Notes: a model not told the origin generated them from the sequence alone. 64,000 nt of DNA from an uncultured Chloroflexia bacterium (GCA_963703345.1 OY969814.1:1600001-1664000); one strand, 5' to 3'; positions 1 to 10,758 are shown, counted from the first letter of the stretch. Made by a program: numbers and translations.

Positions 1-1
1 G

Positions 2-613
2 GTCGGCACCCTTGTCCAGTTCCTGACCTGGGCCTGCCGCCGTCACTACGTCTGGCCGAACGCCACCACCGACTTCCTCCAGGTCGACTGGGTATGGCGT
101 AGCGGCATCCCCAACATCTGCGGCCACCGCGACGTTAACCAGACCGCCTGCCCGGGCCAGTACCTCTACGCCTACCTTCCCGACATCCGACAGAAGGTCG
201 CCCAGGGAGCCGCAGCCATCGCCATCATCAAACCGTCAGCGCAAATAACCGCCGTGCCCTCCGCCGACCAAATCAATAGCGGTTCGGTCACCTTCGGCTG
301 GAAATCGCCCGACGGCTCCGCCGACTTCGCCTACTACCTCGAAGGCTGGTACCCCAACCTCGACACCGACGTCGAGACCTACTACTCCGGCTTCACCAAT
401 GACCGGCGGCCCGCCTGGTCTAGCTTCGGCTCAGCTACCCAGGCCACCGTGTCCGTCCCGCAGTCCGGCCACTACACCTTCCACGTCCGCTCCAAGGACA
501 ACAGGACCGACGGTGCTTACGAAGACAACTGGACCTTCATCGCAGGCCAGTCCCCCAATCCTACCCCGAGCCCGGGCCGCGTCGTCGGCCTCCCGGGCGT
601 CACCCGCAACTAG
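2..613 (+). CDS. N-acetylmuramoyl-L-alanine amidase (Amidase_2/PGRP-like) with C-terminal beta-sandwich domain, 5'-truncated by the window edge
   Basis: Frame open from base 2; translates to ...NICGHRDVNQTACPGQYLY... (Zn-amidase GHRD/CPG motif) and then an Fn3-like tail (YTFHVRSKD). Confidence 0.8.
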   Translation, partial: VGTLVQFLTWACRRHYVWPNATTDFLQVDWVWRSGIPNICGHRDVNQTACPGQYLYAYLPDIRQKVAQGAAAIAIIKPSAQITAVPSADQINSGSVTFGWKSPDGSADFAYYLEGWYPNLDTDVETYYSGFTNDRRPAWSSFGSATQATVSVPQSGHYTFHVRSKDNRTDGAYEDNWTFIAGQSPNPTPSPGRVVGLPGVTRN

Positions 614-774
614 CGAAGCGACGCGCCCTTTCTCACGACCGTCGACCCCGCCGCTCTGAGGCAAGGAAACGCGGCAGGTCCACCGCCTTCAGTCGAAGAT
701 CCGTGAAGGTGTGATGTTATGTCAACTATCCCCTACCGGCGACCAACGACCCTCCCACTCCCGCCTCGCCCAGG

Positions 775-802
775 TTGACCCTTGGCCCCATCGCCCTACA
801 AT
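775..802 (+). promoter_or_regulatory. sigma70-like promoter for the aminotransferase gene
   Basis: TTGACC-16-TACAAT. Confidence 0.5.
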
Positions 803-872
803 TGCCCTAGAGCCCCATCGCCTATCGAAGGAGCGCACCGGCGAAGAGATACGCCCCAGAACGGAGACAATC

Positions 873-2234
873 GTGACTACTATCCTTGAGCGCTTTCGCG
901 CCCTCCACCAGCGTTCCGCCGCCCTCCACAAGCAGGCCGAGCGCGTCTTCCCCAACGGCGTCACCCACGACATCCGCCACTTCTCCCCCTTCCCCATCTA
1001 CGTCGACCACGCCCTCGGCGCCCGCAAATGGGACGTCGACGGCAACGAAATCATCGACTACGTCATGGGCCACGGCGCCCTCCTCCTCGGCCACGCCCAC
1101 CCGACGCTCGTGCGCGCCGTCACCCGCCAGATCGCCGCAGGCACCCACTACGGCGCCTCCAGCGAGATCGAAATCGAATGGGCCGGCTTGATCCGCAAGC
1201 TCGTGCCCTCCGCCCAGAAGGTCCGCTTCCACTCCTCCGGCACCGAGGCGACGATGATGGCCGTCCGGCTCGCCCGCGCCTACACCGGCCGCAACAAGCT
1301 CGTCCGGTTCGCCCTCAACTTCCACGGCTGGAACGACAGCGTCGTCGGCTACGTCCAGCCCGAAGAGACGCTCCCCCGCTCGCCCGGCCTGCCCCCAGCG
1401 TATCTCGGCGAGCAGATCGTCCTGCCCCAGAACAGCTACCCGGACATCGCCCGCACCCTCGCCGACGAAAAGGACGTCGCCGCCGTCATCATCGAGCCCA
1501 CCGGCGCTTCCGCCAGCACCGTCCCCATCGACCCGGAGTTCCTTGCCTTCCTCCGAGCCCGCACCGAGCGCTACGGCGTCGTCCTCATCTTCGACGAAGT
1601 CGTCACCGGCTTTCGCGTCGCCCCCGGTGGCGCCCAGGAGCGCTTCGGCATCAAGCCCGACTTGACCACCCTCGCCAAGATTGCCGCCGGCGGCCTCCCG
1701 GGCGCTGCCGTCGTCGGTCGCGCCGACATCCTCGAGTGCATCGAGTTCCGTCGCGACGCCGACTGGAACGCCCACGAGCGTGTCGCCCACCAGGGCACCT
1801 TCAACGCCAACCCGCTCTCCGCTGCCGCCGGCGTCGCCATGCTCGAGGCCATCAGCGACGGCAAGGCCCAGGCCCACGCCGAAGAGATGGCCAAGCGACT
1901 CTGCCGCGGCGCCAACCAAGTCTTTCGAAAGCTGGGCGTCAAGGGCTGTGCCTACACCGTCTCGTCCATGTTCCACATGTCGATAGGCGTCGACTGCCCG
2001 GAGCCGGCCGACGGCTGGGAGTGGGTGTGGGAAGACGAGCCGGGCGCGACCGTGCCTCAGACGCCGCCGCGGGTCATGGCGGCGTTCAAGCAGGCCATGC
2101 TGAACAGCGGCGCCGGCGACTTCATGCGGACCGGTGGCCTGACCTCCGCCGTCCACGACGAGAAGGACATCGACCAGACCCTCGCCGCCCTCGAACCCGC
2201 CCTGGCAGAAATGAAGGCTGAAGGGCTCCTGTAG
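873..2234 (+). CDS. class III PLP aminotransferase (glutamate-1-semialdehyde aminomutase-like)
   Basis: SGTEAT, FHG, LIFDEVVTGFR, PDLTTLAK, HQGTFNANP motifs; GTG start after GGAG. Confidence 0.85.
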   Translation: MTTILERFRALHQRSAALHKQAERVFPNGVTHDIRHFSPFPIYVDHALGARKWDVDGNEIIDYVMGHGALLLGHAHPTLVRAVTRQIAAGTHYGASSEIEIEWAGLIRKLVPSAQKVRFHSSGTEATMMAVRLARAYTGRNKLVRFALNFHGWNDSVVGYVQPEETLPRSPGLPPAYLGEQIVLPQNSYPDIARTLADEKDVAAVIIEPTGASASTVPIDPEFLAFLRARTERYGVVLIFDEVVTGFRVAPGGAQERFGIKPDLTTLAKIAAGGLPGAAVVGRADILECIEFRRDADWNAHERVAHQGTFNANPLSAAAGVAMLEAISDGKAQAHAEEMAKRLCRGANQVFRKLGVKGCAYTVSSMFHMSIGVDCPEPADGWEWVWEDEPGATVPQTPPRVMAAFKQAMLNSGAGDFMRTGGLTSAVHDEKDIDQTLAALEPALAEMKAEGLL

Positions 2235-2244
2235 GGCTTCCCGC

Positions 2245-3294
2245 GTGGCGAAAAGACCGAAACTCGCCGTCATCCTTGGAGCCGGAGCATCTCACGGTGT
2301 TTGCCCCGCGGGAAGCGGTGTGGTCAAGAACGAATTCCTCAAGCCGCCCATCACAGAGACCATGTTCAACGGTACAGCCCTCGATGGAGTGCTGGCGCGT
2401 CACCCGGAGGCTGCAGCCCTCATGAGCTCGGTCAGGACCGAGGTGGCCGCCAACGTCCCATTTGAAGAAAGCCTGCGCCGCTATCTGGACAATACCAATG
2501 CCTATATCCAAAGGCAGCTTGCCTTTGTTCCCATAGCCTTGCACACGTTCTTCTTCCTGGTAAGCGCCGAGTATACCAGCGAGGCCATCAACTACTCACA
2601 TCTCCTGAATCGCACCATTGGCGAGGGGATCCACACTGCATTCATGACTGTCAACTACGACACCCTGCTGGAGATGTCCTTGACAAGAACCACGGGCGTT
2701 GTCTTTGATTCGCTCCAGTCCTACGTGTCTTCGCCCGACTGGATATTGGTGAAGCTGCACGGTTCGGTTGGCTGGGGATACCCCTGGATTGAAGACGGCC
2801 ACATGAATATGGCAACGGACATTGGGGGCGACTGGGCCAGGAACCTAGCGTCACACAATCCGCCACCGAGCCGTGATCCTGACCTGATACGCGCGGGAAG
2901 GAACAACTTCCTATACGCTGACGGCCGTGCTCTCTACCCTGCTTTGGCCCTTCCCGTTGCGGGCAAATACGGCTTCGTCTGCCCGCCTTCCCACGTCTCC
3001 GCCCTGAAAACGTTCTTGGCCGATTGCGAGAACTACCTTTTCATCGGGTTCAGCGCCAACGATCAAGACCTTCTCGATCTGCTGAAAGAAACTGTTCGGA
3101 CCGCAAGATCGTTCTTCACCGTCACAGGCGGGCTGCATAAGGAATCGCAGGCCGTGGCTGGTCGCCTGATGGAAGCTGTCCCCCAATTCAGGGGCCCCTA
3201 CCGGCTAGGTGCCAAACACTTCGGCTTGGGTTTCACCGCTTACCTTGGCCATAGAGAGGGCCTCGATTATCTCGTCTCAGCGCTAGCGCACTGA
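2245..3294 (+). CDS. SIR2-like (SIR2_2) NAD-binding/NADase domain protein
   Basis: GAGAS, TVNYD, KLHGS, FIGFS motifs; lower GC than its neighbours. Confidence 0.8.
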   Translation: MAKRPKLAVILGAGASHGVCPAGSGVVKNEFLKPPITETMFNGTALDGVLARHPEAAALMSSVRTEVAANVPFEESLRRYLDNTNAYIQRQLAFVPIALHTFFFLVSAEYTSEAINYSHLLNRTIGEGIHTAFMTVNYDTLLEMSLTRTTGVVFDSLQSYVSSPDWILVKLHGSVGWGYPWIEDGHMNMATDIGGDWARNLASHNPPPSRDPDLIRAGRNNFLYADGRALYPALALPVAGKYGFVCPPSHVSALKTFLADCENYLFIGFSANDQDLLDLLKETVRTARSFFTVTGGLHKESQAVAGRLMEAVPQFRGPYRLGAKHFGLGFTAYLGHREGLDYLVSALAH

Positions 3295-3401
3295 CGGAAG
3301 TAGCGCAGTGCAACTTTAGCGCCCGTCTCCTGTGCCCGGGCGGCCGCCCAACGGCGCACACCATTCGCTTCCTCCCCACAACGCACGCCTAGCCGCCCAG
3401 A

Positions 3402-3500
3402 GGGAGTGCAGGGGCCCTCCCCTGCCAGGGTTCAAGGGGTGCCCCCTTGAGAAACAACCTTTCGAGGGCGGGTGGGCGGGAAGAAGAGCGCCCATGTTGC
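3402..3500 (+). repeat. dispersed double-hairpin intergenic repeat, copy 1 (GGGAGTGCAG...CTGCC..GGGTTCAAGGGGTG.CCCCTTGA)
   Basis: Similar to 42431-42539 (+) and 35038-35089 (-). Confidence 0.75.
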
Positions 3501-3512
3501 CCGACGCGGCAG

Positions 3513-4511
3513 CTACCAGGCAGGGTCGAATGCGCCACCGTGGGTCAGCCTCGTCTGATCGCCGCCGTCGGCATTCATGATGTAGATCTCCGGGGGACCG
3601 TCCCGCCAGCTGGTGAAGGCGATCTTGAGGCCGTCGGGCGACCAGGATGGCTCAACATCCCCGGCGCTGTTGGTGAGCCTTGTCTGGCCGCTGCCATCGG
3701 CGTTCATCACGTAGATCTCTAAGTCGCCGTCCCGCTTGCTTTCGAAGGCGATCTTGGAGCCGTCGGGTGACCAGGTCGCCGAATAATCGTCGGCCGGGTT
3801 GTTGGTCAAGTTTCGCCGGTCGCTGCCATCGGCGTTCATCACGTAGATCTCCAAGTTGTCGTCCCGCTTGCGCTCGAAGGCGATCTTGGAGCCGTCGGGT
3901 GACCAGGCCGGCGAACGCTCATAATTGGCCGCTGGGTCGTTGGTTAGCCGTCTCTGGCCGCTGCCGTCGGCGTTCATCACGTAGACCTGCAAGTTGCCGC
4001 CGCGGTCCCTCTCGAAGGCGATCTTGGAGCCGTCGGGTGACCAGGTAGGCGAACTATCAAAATCGGCCGTTGGGTCGTTGGTTAACTGCGTCTGGCCGCT
4101 GCCGTCGGCGTTCATCACGTAGATGTTCAAGTTGCTCGTGAAGGCTATCCTCGACCCGTCCGGTGACCAGGCAGCATTTTTTGCGTCGGTGGCAAGGCGC
4201 TTCTGACCGCTACCGTCGGCATTCATCACGTAGATCTGTTCGTTGCCGTCCCGCTCGCTCACGAAGGCGATATGGTTCCTGTCCAGTAACCAGGTAGGGA
4301 ACCAATCGGTCGCTGGGTTGTTGGTGAGCCGGGTCTGACCGCTGCCGTCGGAGTTCATCACGTAGATCTCGTAGTTCTCGTCCCGGTCGCTCGTGAAGGC
4401 GATCTTCGCGGTCCGCCAGGACAAGCAGCCGGACAGAAGGAGAGGAAGGGCGGCGGTAAGAACAATGGCAATGACCAGCCCGTAGGGGGGACGGCTCTTT
4501 CCGTTGGACAT
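3513..4511 (-). CDS. TolB-like PD40/WD40 beta-propeller lipoprotein
   Basis: Lipobox LLSGC; repeated [10 protein letters not shown]...[10 protein letters not shown] units. Confidence 0.85.
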   Translation of the reverse strand: MSNGKSRPPYGLVIAIVLTAALPLLLSGCLSWRTAKIAFTSDRDENYEIYVMNSDGSGQTRLTNNPATDWFPTWLLDRNHIAFVSERDGNEQIYVMNADGSGQKRLATDAKNAAWSPDGSRIAFTSNLNIYVMNADGSGQTQLTNDPTADFDSSPTWSPDGSKIAFERDRGGNLQVYVMNADGSGQRRLTNDPAANYERSPAWSPDGSKIAFERKRDDNLEIYVMNADGSDRRNLTNNPADDYSATWSPDGSKIAFESKRDGDLEIYVMNADGSGQTRLTNSAGDVEPSWSPDGLKIAFTSWRDGPPEIYIMNADGGDQTRLTHGGAFDPAW

Positions 4512-4576
4512 ACGCCATCTCCTTAGGCTGGCATTCTAGGCTCGCCGTCGCCGACCGTCAATCGCACGGCCAGTCT

Positions 4577-4750
4577 GTGCCACTTCCCCCTCGCAAGCCC
4601 GCCCTGGATATGCTGTAATAGCCTCGACAGGCCGTCGCCCGCCCACAGACGACCGCCGGCACGGCCGAAATCGCCCATCTCGACGGTCAATTGTCTAAAA
4701 CGCACCCTTACAGACTCACCAAACCACAACTTTTTCAAAACAAATACAAT
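4577..4750 (+). repeat. ~175-bp dispersed element, copy A (GTGCCACTTC...CACAACTTTTTCAAAACAAATACAAT)
   Basis: Same first 10 nt and 63/71 identical 3' nt as copy B at 18059-18241 (-). Confidence 0.8.
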
Positions 4751-4832
4751 CATAGCGCCGTCCCGCCAAGCGCCCTACAATGGAAGTAGCGGCGCCCGCC
4801 CCATCGACCGGCGGCCCGCCCGGAGGCCAGCC

Positions 4833-5078
4833 ATGACCAGCAAGAAACAGCCCGAAGAGCCCCTCGAAGAGCGCCTGCGCCACCGCCTGGAGTCCTTCCG
4901 ACAGTTCGTCCAGGAGTGCCAGGCCTGCCAGACCGAGGCTCCCGCCCACTACCAGTACTGCGCCCACTGCGGCTCCCGACTCTCCACCCAGTGCCCCGGC
5001 TGCGGCAACCCGCTGCCCCCCAAAGGCGCCCGCTACTGCCCTCACTGCGGCATGGAGATTCCCGCTGAGACCGACTGA
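4833..5078 (+). CDS. double zinc ribbon protein
   Basis: Four CxxC pairs; GGAGG RBS. Confidence 0.8.
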   Translation: MTSKKQPEEPLEERLRHRLESFRQFVQECQACQTEAPAHYQYCAHCGSRLSTQCPGCGNPLPPKGARYCPHCGMEIPAETD

Positions 5079-5157
5079 AGGGGCTCGCGGCAGCGAGAAG
5101 GTGCAGGCGCGCCTGCCCGTAGAGCATCGACCTGCCCCATGCTACACTGACTCTGAG

Positions 5158-6543
5158 ATGCTTCCGACCAACACCGTCCGCGACCTCCAGCGCATCGCCG
5201 GCGCCGACAACGTCCTCGTCGCGCCCGAAGACCTCCTCGTCTACGAGTACGACGCCACCATCGAGCGCGGCCTCCCCGACGCCGTCGTCCTTCCCGCCAC
5301 AACCCAGGAAGTCGCCGCCGTCGTCCGCCTGGCCTCGGAGCGCAGCATAGCCATCGTCCCGCGCGGCTCCGGCACCGGCCTCTCCGGCGGCAGCGTGCCC
5401 TCGGAGGGCGGCATCGCTCTCGTCCTCACTCGCATGAACCACATCCTGGAGCTCGACCCCGTCAACCGCATCGCCGTCGTCGAAGCCGGCGTCATCAACT
5501 TCGAGATCGACCGCGCCGCCCGCAAGCACGGCCTCTTCTTCGCGCCCGACCCGTCGAGCTACAAGTCCTGCACCATAGGCGGCAACGTCGCCGAGAACGC
5601 CGGCGGGCCGCACTGCCTGGCGTATGGCGTCACCAGCAACCACGTCCTCGGCCTCGAAGTCGTCCTCGCCGATGGCAGCATCGTCGAAGTCGGCGGCCGC
5701 CTCCGCGACCAGCCCGGCTACGACCTCACCGGCCTCATCGTCGGCTCCGAAGGCACCCTCTGCGTCGTCACCAAGGTCATCGTGCGCCTGCTGCCCGTGC
5801 CGGAGACCGGCTACACCCTCGTCGCCCAGTTCAAGGAAGTCGAAGACGCCGCCAACGCCGTCTCCCAGATGATCGCCTCCGGCATCGTGCCCCAGTGCAT
5901 GGAGGTCATGCAGTTCGACGCGATCGCCCGTCTCTTCTCCGCCGGCGCCGAGCCCGAAGTGACCGCCAGCATGATCGTCGAGGTGGAAGGCCTGCGCGAA
6001 GACGTCGCGGAGCTGGGCCCGGCCGTCCGCGAGATAATCGAGTCGAACCGCGCCGCCAGCATAAACGTAGCGAAGGACGACGCTGAGCGCGAGCAGATCT
6101 GGGCGATGCGGCGCGCTGCTGCAGTCATCATGGGGCGCATCGCCCCCAACGCCTACGTCATCGACGGCGTCTGCCCGCGCACGAAGCTGCCGCAACTGCT
6201 GCGCCAGGCCTCGGACATCGCGAAGAAGTACGACCTGCTCCACGCGGCCGCCTTCCACGCCGGCGACGGCAACCTGCACCCACAGTTCGTCTTCGACGCC
6301 TCCCAGCCGGGCGTCGTCGAGCGAGTCGTCGCCGCCGCGGGCGAGATCCTGCACGCCTGCGTCGATGCCGGCGGCAGCATCACCGGCGAGCACGGCGTCG
6401 GCCTAGAGAAGCGTCAACACCTCCGTCTAATGTTCAACGGCGCCGACCTCGCCGCCATGAAGAAGCTGCGCGCCGCATTCGGTGCCCACCTCTTGAACCC
6501 GGGAAAGCTGTTTCCCCAGGAAGCCGCGGTTGTCGCGCCATGA
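5158..6543 (+). CDS. glcD: FAD-linked oxidase, glycolate oxidase subunit GlcD-like
   Basis: PRGSGTGLSGG, PDPSS, GGNVAENAGG, HAGDGNLHP, GEHGVG. Confidence 0.85.
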   Translation: MLPTNTVRDLQRIAGADNVLVAPEDLLVYEYDATIERGLPDAVVLPATTQEVAAVVRLASERSIAIVPRGSGTGLSGGSVPSEGGIALVLTRMNHILELDPVNRIAVVEAGVINFEIDRAARKHGLFFAPDPSSYKSCTIGGNVAENAGGPHCLAYGVTSNHVLGLEVVLADGSIVEVGGRLRDQPGYDLTGLIVGSEGTLCVVTKVIVRLLPVPETGYTLVAQFKEVEDAANAVSQMIASGIVPQCMEVMQFDAIARLFSAGAEPEVTASMIVEVEGLREDVAELGPAVREIIESNRAASINVAKDDAEREQIWAMRRAAAVIMGRIAPNAYVIDGVCPRTKLPQLLRQASDIAKKYDLLHAAAFHAGDGNLHPQFVFDASQPGVVERVVAAAGEILHACVDAGGSITGEHGVGLEKRQHLRLMFNGADLAAMKKLRAAFGAHLLNPGKLFPQEAAVVAP

Positions 6544-7862
6544 GCAGCAACGGCACCCTCAAAGCGATCAAGGCCGCCGCGCCGAAAGCGGATATCGCGC
6601 CGCAACGCCGGCTCCTCGACTACGTTGTCAACGGCCTGACGCCACAGATCGCCGTTTCGCCCCGCAACGCCACCGAGACCGCGGCCATCCTCGCAGCGGC
6701 GGCCAAGTGCGACGCCGTCGTTATTCCCTGGGGCGGCGGGACCACGATGGCTACCGGCGCCACTCCCGAGCGCTACGACGTCGCCCTCGACCTCACACGC
6801 CTCAACGCAATCGTCGAGTACGTCCCCGACGACCTGACCGTCGCCGTGCAGACGGGAATTCGCCTGCAGGACCTGCAGGAGCGCCTGGCGAAGAGAGGTC
6901 AGTACCTGCCGCTCGATCCGCCGCTGCCGCATCGCGCCACTATAGGCGGCATCGTCGCTTCCAACGCAGGCGGGCCGGCGCGACACGCTCACGGCTGGCC
7001 CCGCGATTGGCTGCTCGGCCTGAAGGTCGCCCTGCCCGATGGGAGCGTCGTCAAGTCCGGCGGACGAGTCGTCAAGAACGTCGCCGGCTATGACACGACC
7101 AAGCTGCTTGCCGGCTCATTCGGCAGCCTGGGCGTCATAGTCGAAGCCGCCTTCAAGGTGATGCCCCTGCCGCCAGCTCGCGCGACCCTGGCGGCTTTCT
7201 TTCCTTCGGCCTCTGCCGCCGCTCGCGCCGCGCTGAGACTGAATTCACGCAACCTCCGCGTCGAATCGCTCGACGTGCTCAATCACGCGGCTGCTGTGGC
7301 GACACTCCCTGCCGGCATCGACTACCCGGGAGGTGCCTGCCTGCTCGTCGCCGCGGCCGGGAATAGCAGTGCCGTTGAGAGGACGTTGTACGAGGCGACC
7401 GAGATTCGCAACGACGACGGGGCCGTGGGCGTTCGCCTCTCGTCCGAGCAGGCAGAGTCAACCTGGCAGCAGGTGCGGGCGCTCTCGACGCAGACGCCCG
7501 ACGCTGCGCTGCTTCTGCGAGCCGCCGCATTTCCTTCTCACGTTGCGTCGTTCTTGGAATCGGCGGAGTCGACGGCGGCGGAACGTAGCCTGCCGCTGCG
7601 GCTGGACGCGCGCCCGGCGCTTGGCGCTGTGCACTGCCGTCTGGAAGCCGCGCTGGACGATCAGGCGGAGCAACTCGTCCGCGATCTCCGGCGGCTGGCG
7701 CAGGAGCGCGGCGGCGGCCTTGTCGTCGAGCAGTGCGCCGTGGATTTGAAGGAGCGGATCGATGTCTGGGGCGGAAACGGCACCGGGCTGATGAAAAGCG
7801 TCAAGGACGCCATCGACCCGCTCGGCACGCTCAGTCGAGGCCGCTTCGTGGGAGGGTTGTAG
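6540..7862 (+). CDS. glcE: FAD-binding subunit, GlcE-like
   Basis: ATIGGIVA, SGGRVVKNVAGYD; ATGA overlap with glcD. Confidence 0.8.
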   Translation: MSSNGTLKAIKAAAPKADIAPQRRLLDYVVNGLTPQIAVSPRNATETAAILAAAAKCDAVVIPWGGGTTMATGATPERYDVALDLTRLNAIVEYVPDDLTVAVQTGIRLQDLQERLAKRGQYLPLDPPLPHRATIGGIVASNAGGPARHAHGWPRDWLLGLKVALPDGSVVKSGGRVVKNVAGYDTTKLLAGSFGSLGVIVEAAFKVMPLPPARATLAAFFPSASAAARAALRLNSRNLRVESLDVLNHAAAVATLPAGIDYPGGACLLVAAAGNSSAVERTLYEATEIRNDDGAVGVRLSSEQAESTWQQVRALSTQTPDAALLLRAAAFPSHVASFLESAESTAAERSLPLRLDARPALGAVHCRLEAALDDQAEQLVRDLRRLAQERGGGLVVEQCAVDLKERIDVWGGNGTGLMKSVKDAIDPLGTLSRGRFVGGL

Positions 7863-7866
7863 CGCG

Positions 7867-9219
7867 GTGACGGCATTGCAGACAGACCGCAATTGCGACG
7901 CGCCGGCCCTCGAGGACCTCCAGCGCTGCGTCCGTTGCGGCTACTGCCTCACTGACTGCCCAACTTACGTCGAGCTGGGCCACGAAGCGGAGTCGCCGCG
8001 AGGACGGCTTCATCTCATCGATGCCATGGTCCGCGGACGCGTCAGCGCTACGCCTGAGCTTCTGGCGCACCTCGATCGCTGCGTTCAGTGTCGCGCCTGC
8101 GAGACTGCCTGCCCCTCCGGCGTCGCCTTCGGGCGCATAATGGAACGGGGGCGCGCCGCCGTACTGAGAGCCGGAAACGGGCCTTTGAGCTGGCGAGTTC
8201 GGGCGTCGATGGCCGGCCTCTTGCTGCCTTACCCGCAGCGTGTTCGCTTTGCGGCGGCGACGCTGCGCTTCTATCAGCGCTCCGGACTCCAGCGCGTCGT
8301 TCGAGGGAGCGGCATCTTGAGGCTGTTCCCCGGCCATCTGGATGAAATCGAGCAGTTCCTTCCGTGGCTGCCCAACGCCGTCCCTCCTTTGCAGGCAGTG
8401 TGGCCCTCAGCCGAAGCGCCGACGCATCGCGTCGCCCTGCTCGGCGGCTGCGTGACTCCCGTGCTCTACCCGAACCTGAACGACGCGACGCTGCGCGTTC
8501 TCCTACGAAACGGATGCGAAGCTATAGTCCCTTCCGAGCAGACCTGCTGCGGCGCGCTGCACGTCCATGCCGGCGATCTGAAGTCGGCCAGACGCCTCGC
8601 CCGCCGGAATATCGACGCATTCCTATCGCTCGGCGTCGAGGCTGTCGTCGTCAACGCGGCCGGCTGCGGCTCGACCATGAAGGAATACGGCCATCTCTTG
8701 AAGGACGATCCGGAATACGCGGAGAAAGCCACCGCCTTCTCGGCGCTCGTGAAGGACATCAGCGAGTACCTAGTTGCCCTGCCCTTCCGCGCCGAGCTGG
8801 GCACGGTCCCGGGCCGCGTCACTTACCAGGACTCGTGTCACCTGGCGCACGCGCAGGGGGTGAGAGCGCAGCCGCGCGCCATCCTGCAAGCGATTCCGGG
8901 GCTCGAGTTCGTCGAGATGCCTCAGGCTGATCGTTGCTGCGGCAGCGGCGGCGTCTACAACCTGACGCAGCCGCAGATCTCCTGGCGACTACTGCGGGAG
9001 AAGATGAAGACGGTCGCCGAGACAAGGGCCGACATCGTTGCGACCGCAAACACCGGCTGCATGATGCAGTTGGAGGCCGGCCTGCGACGCTTCGGGCCGC
9101 GGAAGACCCAGATGGCGCACGTGGTCGAGCTCCTGGACGAGGCATACCGCGCCCTCGACCGCGAAAGCAGGAGCCGGCTAGCCGCCGACGTTCCGCACAA
9201 ACACCTCGACGCGGTCTAG
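7867..9219 (+). CDS. glcF: Fe-S subunit, GlcF-like (2x4Fe-4S plus CCG domains)
   Basis: CxxCGxCxxxCP twice, two CCG motifs, ANTGC. Confidence 0.85.
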   Translation: MTALQTDRNCDAPALEDLQRCVRCGYCLTDCPTYVELGHEAESPRGRLHLIDAMVRGRVSATPELLAHLDRCVQCRACETACPSGVAFGRIMERGRAAVLRAGNGPLSWRVRASMAGLLLPYPQRVRFAAATLRFYQRSGLQRVVRGSGILRLFPGHLDEIEQFLPWLPNAVPPLQAVWPSAEAPTHRVALLGGCVTPVLYPNLNDATLRVLLRNGCEAIVPSEQTCCGALHVHAGDLKSARRLARRNIDAFLSLGVEAVVVNAAGCGSTMKEYGHLLKDDPEYAEKATAFSALVKDISEYLVALPFRAELGTVPGRVTYQDSCHLAHAQGVRAQPRAILQAIPGLEFVEMPQADRCCGSGGVYNLTQPQISWRLLREKMKTVAETRADIVATANTGCMMQLEAGLRRFGPRKTQMAHVVELLDEAYRALDRESRSRLAADVPHKHLDAV

Positions 9220-10758
9220 CTGATCGGCCAAGGGCAGCGACCCATCCAGCCGCAAGCGTGAGCCTTCCGGCAGCTCCGACAGCGGCTCCGTTCGCTTCAG
9301 TTGCGCCTGATAGACTTCCCAGCGGCCATCCGATGGGCTCCACACCGCGCTCCGCCGGCGTTGCAGCCTTTCGCGCACCAGCGCTTCCGTCGGTACGCAC
9401 TCAACTGCCAAGAATCGCACGCCGGCCCGCTCGGCAAAGTCCCTCGCCTGCTCCCGCGTTTTGCGCGCCAGATAGGAAGCATCCAGAATCACAGGCCTCC
9501 CCCAGCTCAAGAAGGGCGCCGCCTGAAGCAGCATCTCGGCGTAGGTCAACTCCGTCATCTCCGGCGAATAGATGCCTGAATCGATAGGCTCTGCCTGCGA
9601 TCGCCTGGGATCGAGACCGGCCAGCTTCTTGCGGGTAACATCGGAAGAGATCACCACCGCCCCCAGTCGGCTGGCCAGGGCATGTGCCAGGTAGCTCTTG
9701 CCGCTGCCCGTCACGCCGACCATGGCGATTAGGGCCGGACGCACGGAATGTGAGGCGTACTCTTCGGCCAGCGCGAAGTAGCGTCGAGCGCCTTCCGCGG
9801 CCGCCTCCTTCTGCTCGACGGGTATCTCCGGCTGGTCCAGCTGGAACCCGTCCACCTTGCCCCTCACGAATGCCCGATAGCATTTGTAGAAATGGAGGAC
9901 GAGCGGCAGCGTTGTGTCGAGCGACTGCGCCAGATAGAGGCCGACCATTTCGTCGGACAGCACGGGATGGCCGCGGAAATCCACATCCATCGCCAAGAAG
10001 GCGAGGTCCGACGCGGTGTCTGCGTATCGGAAGCGCTCATTGAACTCGACGCAGTCGAAGACGCAGATGCCGTCCTTGAAACAGACAGCGTTTGTGCGCA
10101 AGTCGCCGTGGCAATCGCGGATCCGGCCGTCTTTGACGCGGTTGTCCAGCAACCAGGTATCTTGGGCCAGAAAGCAGTTGACGTAGGAGCGTATCTTTTC
10201 GAACTGGTCGCGAGAGATCGTCCGTCCGACGTACGGCTCGCTTTGGTCGAAGTTCTCGCGCCAGTTGGCGGCAACCGCGTCCGGTTTCCCGAATGACTGG
10301 ATGTAGTCGTTGGTCTCCGCTTGGGCATGAAACGCCACTAGCTTCCCGGTCAGTCGCTCCAGCATGTCGCTCGTAATCGCGTCCTGTTCGAGTAGGCGCT
10401 CCATCATGCGCTCCTGCGGCAGGCGCTTCATCTTGACGGCGTAGTCGACCACCTCGCCGGTTCCATCGAGAGACACCGTGTCGCTCTTCACGGTGACGGC
10501 CACGACGCCCAGATAGGCATCGGGGCACAACCTCCGATTCAGCCGCACCTCTTCCTCGCAGTAGAATTTCCGCTTTTCCAGCGTCGTGTAATCGAGAAAG
10601 CCCATGTCGACCGGCTTCTTGACTTTGTAGACGTACTCGCCGGCCAGGAGAACGTAGGAGATGTGGGTTTGAATCAGCTCGACGCGTTCGACTGGATGAG
10701 GGTATGCCGACGGAAGTAGGAGCGCCTCCACATGCGGCGGCAGCCGTCCCTGAGCCAT
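9178..10758 (-). CDS. aminoglycoside-phosphotransferase-like kinase fused to a P-loop AAA_33 domain
   Basis: QTHIS, KVKKPV, CHGDL, DCVEFN, GVTGSGKS, SSDVTRK. Confidence 0.85.
   Translation of the reverse strand: MAQGRLPPHVEALLLPSAYPHPVERVELIQTHISYVLLAGEYVYKVKKPVDMGFLDYTTLEKRKFYCEEEVRLNRRLCPDAYLGVVAVTVKSDTVSLDGTGEVVDYAVKMKRLPQERMMERLLEQDAITSDMLERLTGKLVAFHAQAETNDYIQSFGKPDAVAANWRENFDQSEPYVGRTISRDQFEKIRSYVNCFLAQDTWLLDNRVKDGRIRDCHGDLRTNAVCFKDGICVFDCVEFNERFRYADTASDLAFLAMDVDFRGHPVLSDEMVGLYLAQSLDTTLPLVLHFYKCYRAFVRGKVDGFQLDQPEIPVEQKEAAAEGARRYFALAEEYASHSVRPALIAMVGVTGSGKSYLAHALASRLGAVVISSDVTRKKLAGLDPRRSQAEPIDSGIYSPEMTELTYAEMLLQAAPFLSWGRPVILDASYLARKTREQARDFAERAGVRFLAVECVPTEALVRERLQRRRSAVWSPSDGRWEVYQAQLKRTEPLSELPEGSRLRLDGSLPLADQLDRVEVFVRNVGG

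Noticed and set aside
3513-4420. DNA repeat array or DGR-like template/variable repeats
   Set aside because: The repeats are in-frame propeller blades of the TolB-like protein; no reverse transcriptase
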